A stretch of 64,000 nucleotides of DNA from an uncultured delta proteobacterium (GTDB taxonomy: Bacteria > Desulfobacterota > Desulfomonilia > UBA1062), in contig CAWAUM010000003.1 in assembly GCA_963785235.1 (NCBI GenBank), forward strand, positions 160,001 through 224,000, written 5' to 3'. This document shows, in pieces, positions 56,796 to 64,000 of the stretch. The notes under the pieces are model-generated. The model had not been told where the DNA came from. It was given only the letters and a program-made list of their open reading frames with translations, and did no database searches. Every line of letters begins with the position of its first letter. The stretch's first letter is position 1. The translations under genes were made by a program, and so were the position numbers.

Positions 56796-58159
56796 TTATT
56801 TCATCCCTGCCTTTGCAGCGATGAGCAGCGGGTCCCAGACCGGGGCAAAGGGCGGGGCATAGGCCATGTCAAGACCGTAGAGGTCATCCAATGTCATGCC
56901 TGCGCTCACTGCGGCAACGAGGGTGTTAAGCCTCATGGCCGATCCTCCCTTTCCAATGATCTGCCCACCTACTATAACATTGGAGGCCTGATCAAAATAA
57001 AGCTTCACCCACATGTCCGTTGATCCGGGGTAATAACCAGGCAGATTCCTGTCCTTGATGGCCGCAGAGCTGATGCCCGAAATATTGTACCTCTCGATAT
57101 CAAACTGACCGATCCCGGTCTTTCCCGCCTCCAGGTCAAACACCTTGGTTATGGCCGTGCCGATAATTCCGGGGAACGGCTTCAGCTCCTTTCCTGCCAA
57201 CTCGGCCACCAGGTTCTCCCCGCACATCCTGCCATGACGGTTGGCAGTGAGGCCCAGCGGGATGAATACGTCCTGTTTAAGAACCCGGTGATATGCCGTA
57301 CAGCAGTCACCGGCAGCAAAGATATCCGGGTCGCTGGTCTTCTGAAAACGGTCTCACCTTTATGGCATTGCGCTCCCCTAGTCCAAGGCCTGCTTCGGCT
57401 GCCAACTCAGAGTTGGGTGCCACCCCGATATGACAGGACCACGCAATCCGCATCCACCGAATCGCCGCCATCAAGGATCACCTTCTCAACGCTCCCGGAT
57501 CCCCTGAATCCCACGACCTTCTTCTCAGTGATGATCTTAACCCGGTTCCTTGTCATCTCATCGGACACAAGCTTTGACATGTCCTCATCCATGATTGTCA
57601 TGATTCGCGGCAGGGCCTCAATCACCGAGACTTCCATACCAAGCCTGCCGAAGGCATCCGAGATCTCGAGACCGATATATCCACCGCCGATGATTACACC
57701 ACGCGTGGGTTTATCATGTTCCATGAACCTCTTCAGATCCAGCCCGTCCTGAAATTCCTTGAGGGTGAAAATACCGGACAATTCCATGCCCGGAAGGTTC
57801 GGCCTTATGGCCCGGGCCCCGGTTGCCATAATGAGTTTTTCATATTCCTGCTTGAAGATCTTGCCTGTTGTGAGGTCGTGCACGGTTACACTCTTTCCCG
57901 AACGATCGACATGGGTCACCTCATGCCTTACCTTCAGGTCTATGCCGCGCTTGTTTATGGCCTCTTCGGGTGAGAGCGCCAGGAGCTGGTGGGAGTTATG
58001 TATCAGCCCGGATACATAATAGGGCAGGCCTCAGGCACCATACGATATATATTGCTCCTTTCCGAATACTATGACCTGCAGATCCTTGCGCTTGCGCTTG
58101 ATAACGCTCGCTGCGCTCATGCCGGCAGCCACGGCGCCGACTATGACAATGGGTTTCAT
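56796..58159 (-). CDS. Selenocysteine-containing CoA-disulfide reductase/NADH oxidase family flavoprotein (extra indels near 57350-57420)
   Basis: AAAGGAGG then ATG 58159; IVGAVAAGMSAA; SYGA-TGA-GLPYY; ATGA, IGGGYIGLE, FAAGDC, LDMAYAPPFAPVWDP. Confidence 0.88.
57996..58033 (-). promoter_or_regulatory. Bacterial SECIS element after in-frame UGA
   Basis: UGA, 11 nt, then perfect 9-bp stem UUAUGUAUC-[CGGGCU]-GAUACAUAA. Confidence 0.78.
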
Positions 58160-58182
58160 GGGAGTGACCCTCCTTTAAATTA

Positions 58183-58572
58183 TCAGACGATGAGCACCGG
58201 GCGGTTCGAGTTGTAGATTACATGCTGGGCCACCGAGCCCAGGAGAAATTTTTCCACCCTGGTGCGCTTCTCTGTCCCGATGATGATCTCGTCCACGTTT
58301 TTCTCTGCGGCAAAACGGATAATATCTTCGCCCGCTTCGTGGCCGCGGATGAGCAGGTGGGTCTCGCATGGGATGTTTTCTTTTTCAAAAACGGTCTTTA
58401 CGTATTCAAGTTCGCTTTCTCTCTCCTCGATCTCCTTGAGCTGCTGTTCGCCGCCCTTGGGGAGAGATGATACCACTTCGATCTTTGCATCGAAGGCCTT
58501 CCCATGGAGCTTTGCAATGGATATTGCCTCCTTTGATTCCTCTGTTCCGTCATAGTACATCAGGATCTTCAT
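58183..58572 (-). CDS. Universal stress protein
   Basis: KILMYYDGTEES, DEIIIG, LLGSVAQHVI..PVLIV. Confidence 0.9.
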   Translation of the reverse strand: MKILMYYDGTEESKEAISIAKLHGKAFDAKIEVVSSLPKGGEQQLKEIEERESELEYVKTVFEKENIPCETHLLIRGHEAGEDIIRFAAEKNVDEIIIGTEKRTRVEKFLLGSVAQHVIYNSNRPVLIV

Positions 58573-58705
58573 GCGCGCCTCCCTTGGTTTATTCACCTTA
58601 GCGTTACCCATATTAAGATAAGAGCGATGTGTATGCTGTCAATAGGCATACCTCTGTCTTCCTTTCTGATTCCTCTGCGATGCAGCCTATGATAGGTTAT
58701 CAAGC

Positions 58706-59383
58706 ATGCGAGGGGTAGTGAAACTCCAGGTGAGGCTTTGCACAAAAAAGATTTGCGGGCTGCGTTTCCCAATGCTCGAAGACCAGGCATCAGATCTCAG
58801 GTGCCCCAGGTGTGGATGGCCGACACTCTTGGGCAGTGAACCCTATGAAGAACACAAACCCCACCAAATGGTCTCCGGTCAAGGATTGCCAAGGATGGAG
58901 GTGCTTCTGGACAACATCAGGAGCATCTATAATGTAGGCTCAATATTCAGGACCTCGGACGGAGCAGGCATCTCCCACCTGCATTTGTGCGGCATCACAC
59001 CCACACCGGATAATCCGAAGCTCAAAAAAACCGCCCTGGGTGCGGATGAAACCATCGGCTGGTCCCACGACCTTAACGGGTGCGCTGCAGCCCAGGCGCT
59101 CAAGGCACAGGGCATGAGGCTGTGGGCCCTGGAGGGTGGAGACCGCTCCATGCCTATCCATAAGGCATGTTTCGAATATGATGACAAACCCATTGTCCTT
59201 GTTGTGGGCAATGAGGTGTGCGGGGTGGACCCTGGCATCTTGGATCAATGCGAAAAGGTCATTGCCATCCCCATGCAGGGCATAAAGACCTCTCTCAATG
59301 CGGCCGTGGCCTTTGGGATTGCGGTTTACATGCTGCGGCTGTCCTTTGGGGCAATTATAAAAGAAAACACGAACAGCATCTGA
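58706..59383 (+). CDS. TrmH/SpoU RNA methyltransferase with N-terminal zinc ribbon
   Basis: CTKKIC..CPRCG; LDNIRSIYNVGSIFRT, VGNEVCGV, IPMQGIKTSLNAAVAFG. Confidence 0.85.
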   Translation: MRGVVKLQVRLCTKKICGLRFPMLEDQASDLRCPRCGWPTLLGSEPYEEHKPHQMVSGQGLPRMEVLLDNIRSIYNVGSIFRTSDGAGISHLHLCGITPTPDNPKLKKTALGADETIGWSHDLNGCAAAQALKAQGMRLWALEGGDRSMPIHKACFEYDDKPIVLVVGNEVCGVDPGILDQCEKVIAIPMQGIKTSLNAAVAFGIAVYMLRLSFGAIIKENTNSI

Positions 59384-59397
59384 CCAGGAGGTCGTTT

Positions 59398-59578
59398 ATG
59401 GGCACAAGGCTGATAATCATTGGCGGCGTTGCAGGCGGGGGGTTATATTGCGCATCGCATCCTGGTGCAAAACGGCTTCAGGTCGAAGAACCTGAGCGGT
59501 GGATTCAAGACCTACCTTGCGGCAAAGGAGAAGATCATGGACGAGTCGGCCACGACCAGGCTGTGGCTGAGCGAGTAA
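59398..59578 (+). pseudogene. Internally deleted CoA-disulfide reductase-rhodanese gene
   Basis: AGGAGG then MGTRLIIIGGVAGG, joined at a G run to GYIAHRILVQNGFRSKNLSGGFKTY..stop in another frame. Confidence 0.75.
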
Positions 59579-59589
59579 AATGCTTTTCT

Positions 59590-59865
59590 CTACCTGGATT
59601 TCCGCTCTAACCTGATAGTGACCAGATTGTCGTTGTCCGGGCAGGACACATCCACGGTATCTCCCTGCCACCACGGCATTGCGCCGCCGAACTGGAAGCA
59701 CTGCAGCGAAGGGAAGATGCTGTGATAGAAGTACCCGCATAATCCGGCAGGATCATGGCAGCTGATCTCGAAGGTCTCACCTGTCCGGTGTCCCGCACTG
59801 CAGTCGCCGTTGACCGATAACACCGTGGCAGTCACCTTGTATCCGATACCAGGGTCCTTTGCCAT
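59590..59865 (-). CDS. TIGR04076-family small Cys-rich protein
   Basis: GDCSAGH..GETF, LC, FGG..PW, SCPD. Confidence 0.8.
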   Translation of the reverse strand: MAKDPGIGYKVTATVLSVNGDCSAGHRTGETFEISCHDPAGLCGYFYHSIFPSLQCFQFGGAMPWWQGDTVDVSCPDNDNLVTIRLERKSR

Positions 59866-59886
59866 ATCCTTTTACTCCTTTTCTTT

Positions 59887-61407
59887 TCACGAAATAAACA
59901 GGTTGTTCGTGGCAAAGTTCGGGTCACTCGTCACATTGAGCCCGAGGCGCCTCAGGCCTGCCTCATCTCCGGGTGTGGGGATATGGGTCATGTGCACCTC
60001 ACAACCCTTCAGTTCCTTAATCTTTTCCAGGGCAAGCCGGGCAGCAGGATTGCCGATGGTGCTGATGCTCAAGGACACAAGGGCCTCTTCGAGGTCGAGG
60101 CTTACAGATTTTTCGTTGAGGATCTCTGTCTTAAAGTTCCGTATCGATTCGATGATATTTGTTGGAAGCAGCTCGAGTTTTACCGGGATCTCCGCGAGGT
60201 GTTTGATGGCCTTGAGGATCAAGCTTGATGCGGCATGCATCATGGGGGAGTTGCTGCCGGTGATGATGGTGCCGTCCTTGAGCTCAATGGCTGCCCCGCA
60301 ATAGATCCCATCGTTGCCCTTTGCCTCATCACTGTACGCCTCTGAGGCCGTATTCCTTGAAGGGACAACTACCTTGCGGTGTTCGGGGGTCAGGCCGAAG
60401 CTTTTAATGAGGAGTTCGACCCGCTGTACGGTTTCCTTGTCCGCAAATCCCATCACATACTCGCACTGGTAGCGGAAGTAACGGCGGATCACCTCCTGAC
60501 AGGAGGCCTCCTTCACTACATCATCATCCACAATGGCAAATCCGGCGCGATTCACACCCATGTCCGTGGGCGACTTGTAGAAGGACTCGCCACCCGTGAT
60601 CTTTTCCAGGATGCGCCTCAATACGGGGAAGACCTCCACATCCCGGTTGTAATTCACTGAAGTCTGTCCATAGGCTTCCAGGTGGAACGGGTCGATAAGG
60701 TTGAAATCCCTGATATCTGCAGTGGCTGCCTCATAGGCAATATTGACCGGGTGCATGAGTGGAATGTTCCAGATGGGAAAGGTCTCGAACTTTGCATAGC
60801 CTGCTTTCACACCCCTGTGATAGTCATGGTAGAGTTGCGAGAGGCTCGTGGCGAGCTTGCCGCTGCCCGGCCCGGGGCCGGTTATGATCACCAGGGGCTT
60901 TTTAGATTCTATATAGGAATTCGCTCCATAGCCCTCGTCGCTCACTATGAGGTCTATGTCGGTGGGATAACCCTTTGTAAAGCGGTGCGTGTAGACCTTG
61001 ATGCCGCGCCTTTCGAGCTTGTTCTTGAACAGGGTTGCAGCGGGCTGGCCTTCGAAGCGCGTGATCACCACACCGAGCACATCGATGCCCCAGGGCTTGA
61101 GGTCGTCGATGAGCTTCATGGCATCCGAGTCATAGGTGATGCCGAAATCGGCCCTTATCTTCTTTCGTTCTATATCGCCAGCATAAATGCACAGGATGAT
61201 GTCCGCCTTGTCCTTGAGCTCATGCAGGAGCCTCATTTTCACGTTGGGGTCATATCCCGGAAGGACCCTCGCTGCGTGGTAATCATACAGGAGCTTGCCC
61301 CCGAATTCCAGATAGAGCTTGTTGTTGAACCGTTCCACCCGCTGGAGAATCTCCTTTGCCTGTTCCTGTATATATCGTTCATTGTCGAACCCTATCTCGG
61401 ATTTCAC
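59887..61407 (-). CDS. DUF1846 (UPF0371) protein
   Basis: KLYLEFGGKL..DYHAARVLPG, GPGPGSGK, GYAKFETFPIWN, SPTDMGVN. Confidence 0.88.
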   Translation of the reverse strand: MKSEIGFDNERYIQEQAKEILQRVERFNNKLYLEFGGKLLYDYHAARVLPGYDPNVKMRLLHELKDKADIILCIYAGDIERKKIRADFGITYDSDAMKLIDDLKPWGIDVLGVVITRFEGQPAATLFKNKLERRGIKVYTHRFTKGYPTDIDLIVSDEGYGANSYIESKKPLVIITGPGPGSGKLATSLSQLYHDYHRGVKAGYAKFETFPIWNIPLMHPVNIAYEAATADIRDFNLIDPFHLEAYGQTSVNYNRDVEVFPVLRRILEKITGGESFYKSPTDMGVNRAGFAIVDDDVVKEASCQEVIRRYFRYQCEYVMGFADKETVQRVELLIKSFGLTPEHRKVVVPSRNTASEAYSDEAKGNDGIYCGAAIELKDGTIITGSNSPMMHAASSLILKAIKHLAEIPVKLELLPTNIIESIRNFKTEILNEKSVSLDLEEALVSLSISTIGNPAARLALEKIKELKGCEVHMTHIPTPGDEAGLRRLGLNVTSDPNFATNNLFIS

Positions 61408-61742
61408 CCTTGTCTCCTCATCCTGTAATCTTCATGCGGCAAGCTCATTAAGCATATCTCAAAACAGTTCTGGTTTATTCTCTGTTAAGATTTTAATCAC
61501 GGCACTATATACCAATGGTTCTTACAGAACAATGCCGGTAGTCCTTGGGCCCCGGGTATCGATCCTTATCTTGATATAATCGCTTAGCATCAGAGACTGG
61601 CTTCAAGAGGAACTGTGAAAGAATAAGCGATCTTGTTTCATAATTTTCGGTGGGACAATACTAAGGATGGTGAACTGGCAGACAGACAGGGAGCCAGCGT
61701 GCAATCATTTATGAGCGCAGCACCGAGACCCATGTATAGATT

Positions 61743-62984
61743 TCAGGGGAAACTTATTGTTTTTGAGTCTTGTCCGTACAAACCATTCCAATCAACACGC
61801 ACATCCAAAGAAGTTGTCCCCGAACATGCTGACGCTGTGTATGTAAGTGTGTAATTATTACTTAGGACATTTGAAATTTGCTGTAAAATAGATTCAATAT
61901 CAGTAGCAGTAAGCGCAAGATAATATTGCCCTCCGGTTTCGCTCGCTAATCTTTGCATGATACTCGGCTTTCCATAATTCTGATCGCCATAATATATTGT
62001 GAATACTTTAATTCCTTGTTGATCGGCCTTGGTAATCACTGCGTTTAGTGTTCTGACTGAACCTTCATCATATCCGTCGGATAAGACTATTACCGCACGC
62101 TTACCTGTTCCCTGTACGGCTCTATCGATGGATTGAAAAACAGCGTCAAACAAGGCCGTTCCATCGACGACAGGATATGAAGTATTTATATAATTATTCA
62201 ATGCAGTTATTCCTGGAGTGTCAGCCGCGATAAAGAAAGGTGGCGTGCTTGACGGATAAAATTCAATAAAACCATTAAATTTGCATATTGCTGCCGAATC
62301 TACACTGCTTAGACTCTTAATAAAAGAGATAGCTGCCGCCTGTATCTCAGACCCGACCTCGACAGTGCTTCTGCTCAAATCTAACGCCAGTACCAATGTA
62401 ACTGGTGACGGATATTCAATTGCGGTTGCAGTGATGCTTTGAAGAAGCTGTCCGTTCTGATAGAGCTTGAAATTGTCTGCTGTTAATGAATTTAAGAGAA
62501 TATTACTGGTGGGATCTGTTACAGTGACATCTACGCTGATGGATGGACAACTGGTAGAGTTGACGTTGTTGATCCATGTGTTCAGCCCGTATCCAACACC
62601 GCTCAGACTAATGTCCACCGTCTTCGAATGAGGGTCATTGGAGGGAATGGAAAGTGTGGCAGTGAATGAACCCTGGCTGGTTGGAGAAAATCGAACGCTC
62701 AATGAGCCTTTCTTTAATGGCGCCAGCGTTGCATTGGAACAGGTATCAGCTACAATGCTGAACGGCTGATTGGAAACTATCTGTCCAATGTTCAGGTTCT
62801 TATGGCCTGTATTTACTATCTCAATGGTTTGATCTGCACTGTTATTCAGAACAACACCGGCAAAGTCCAAACTTGATTTAGACAGAGAAATTTTCGGTGC
62901 TTTACTGCCTCCTCCACCTCCTCCGCATCCATAAACAATCAGGAACGCACTGATCACGAATATGAGAAATTTTAAATGTTTCAT
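61743..62984 (-). CDS. Lipoprotein with Ig-like (choice-of-anchor D/ASH) and VWA domains
   Basis: Lipobox VYGC plus poly-Gly; NTG..LNI..F.PT..G..ATLSIPSNDP; MIDAS motifs DLSRS, GTALFDA, LSDG; LASETGG. Confidence 0.8.
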   Translation of the reverse strand: MKHLKFLIFVISAFLIVYGCGGGGGGSKAPKISLSKSSLDFAGVVLNNSADQTIEIVNTGHKNLNIGQIVSNQPFSIVADTCSNATLAPLKKGSLSVRFSPTSQGSFTATLSIPSNDPHSKTVDISLSGVGYGLNTWINNVNSTSCPSISVDVTVTDPTSNILLNSLTADNFKLYQNGQLLQSITATAIEYPSPVTLVLALDLSRSTVEVGSEIQAAAISFIKSLSSVDSAAICKFNGFIEFYPSSTPPFFIAADTPGITALNNYINTSYPVVDGTALFDAVFQSIDRAVQGTGKRAVIVLSDGYDEGSVRTLNAVITKADQQGIKVFTIYYGDQNYGKPSIMQRLASETGGQYYLALTATDIESILQQISNVLSNNYTLTYTASACSGTTSLDVRVDWNGLYGQDSKTISFP

Positions 62985-63139
62985 ACAATCCCCTCTTTAT
63001 GTACATCTTATAGCAATTAAAATGTTAGGAGTAAATCAATTTTATTCCAGACAGTTATCCTCAGGTTGAACTGCAACAATATAAAATTATGAGCAATAAA
63101 TTTCCATGAACCTGAAAAAGAATTGCATACTATCATCGA

Positions 63140-63231
63140 GGATAATGGGGGGAGGATAATGGAGTCGGATAATGGGGTCAGGGACGATTATTAACAAAAT
63201 CTCTCAATCATACTCCCGATAAATCGACCCT
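63140..63231. repeat. Three GGATAATGG direct repeats plus a degenerate inverted repeat
   Basis: Copies at 63140, 63154, 63167; AGGGACGATT (63180) versus AATCGACCCT (63222). Confidence 0.5.
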
Positions 63232-63292
63232 AATAATCCCTAACACTACGATATAGAAATACTGCATCCTTTCTTGTGGGAATGAAGCAAGG

Positions 63293-64000
63293 TTAAAAAT
63301 CATTGATCGCATCAATAAGATTCCTGAGCCTGCCGAAATACCTGCGGTTGAAGTCTACCACAAGCCGCGGCAGATGGATAACATCGGCATCATCCATTTC
63401 AGCTTCCAAGGCCCCAGATGCTGCGATACTCCCCCCGGGCAGAAGGATGTCTTGAAACCGGTCTGTCAGCTTGGCGATGTCATCGGGGCTGAGCTCTGAA
63501 GTGAGCCGGATTACCAGCCGGCCGTGCACATACCGGATGCTGTGATAGCGGCGATAGAAATGATGGATCTTCTCCACCGCATCATCCACGGAACATACCC
63601 TTTCAAAGAGCGCAAAGTCCGAGGGCAGGATATAGTTGCGCGCCAGCAGTTCTTCCTCGAAGAGCTTGACCATGCGGGACCAGTATGAACACTGCGGGAT
63701 CATCCACGAGCACCAGCGGCATGGGATTGCGTTTGCCGGTCTGCAGCAGGGTGAGCGTCTCCATCGCCTCGTCGAGCGTGCCGAAACCGCCCGGGAAGAG
63801 CGCCACGGCGTCGGCTTCTTTCAGGAAGGCAACCTTGCGGTTGAAAAAATATTTGTACGTGATGACCCGCGGGTTACCCTCATCACGGCATTCGGCTTCT
63901 GCTCGAACGGCAGGCGGATATTCACGCCAAAGGAATGCTCGGAGCCGGCTCCCTCGTTGGCCGCCTGCATGATGCCTTCTCCCCCGCCGGTGATGACCAT
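63293..64000 (-). CDS. LOG-family (TIGR00730) protein, 5'-partial and frameshifted
   Basis: [35 protein letters not shown]. Confidence 0.88.

Noticed and set aside
63085-63112. Sigma-54-like TGGAAATTTATTGCT upstream of the VWA gene
   Set aside because: GG-to-GC spacing is one base short
63140-63180. Repeats as a mini-CRISPR
   Set aside because: 9-bp units with 4-5 nt spacers and no cas genes

Overview
Bacterial chromosomal window; gene content suggests an anaerobic deltaproteobacterium (Desulfobacterota-like; inference). About 25 genes carry single-base indels, most likely unpolished long-read errors. Layout: (1) 1-4.4 kb, uppS-cdsA-dxr-rseP-tsaB. (2) 4.4-36 kb, an exosortase (XrtD/EpsI-type) PEP-CTERM exopolysaccharide locus: tyrosine kinase, chain-length determinant, OM barrel, Wza, PrsT-like TPR, WecA, exosortase, radical SAM, four GT4s, GH20-like hydrolase, ATP-grasp, acyltransferases, Wzy, Wzx, WecB and deacetylases. 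A divergent VPLPA-CTERM substrate gene, missed by the ORF track, and the associated ExeA-like ATPase close the locus. (3) 36-45.6 kb, PpiD/SurA, thermonuclease, secreted hydrolase, a REC-DHp protein, a GspE-N/MinD(FlhG) fusion and mutS. (4) 45.6-56.6 kb, a flagellar block (fliK-flgD-flgE; motA-motB-motB-fliLMNOPQR) with two consensus sigma-54 promoters. (5) 56.8-64 kb, a redox/stress block: a selenocysteine CoA-disulfide reductase/NADH oxidase (UGA at codon 43 plus SECIS), USP, TrmH, an internally deleted CoADR-rhodanese relic, TIGR04076, DUF1846, a VWA lipoprotein and a LOG protein. I saw no rRNA, tRNA or CRISPR array.
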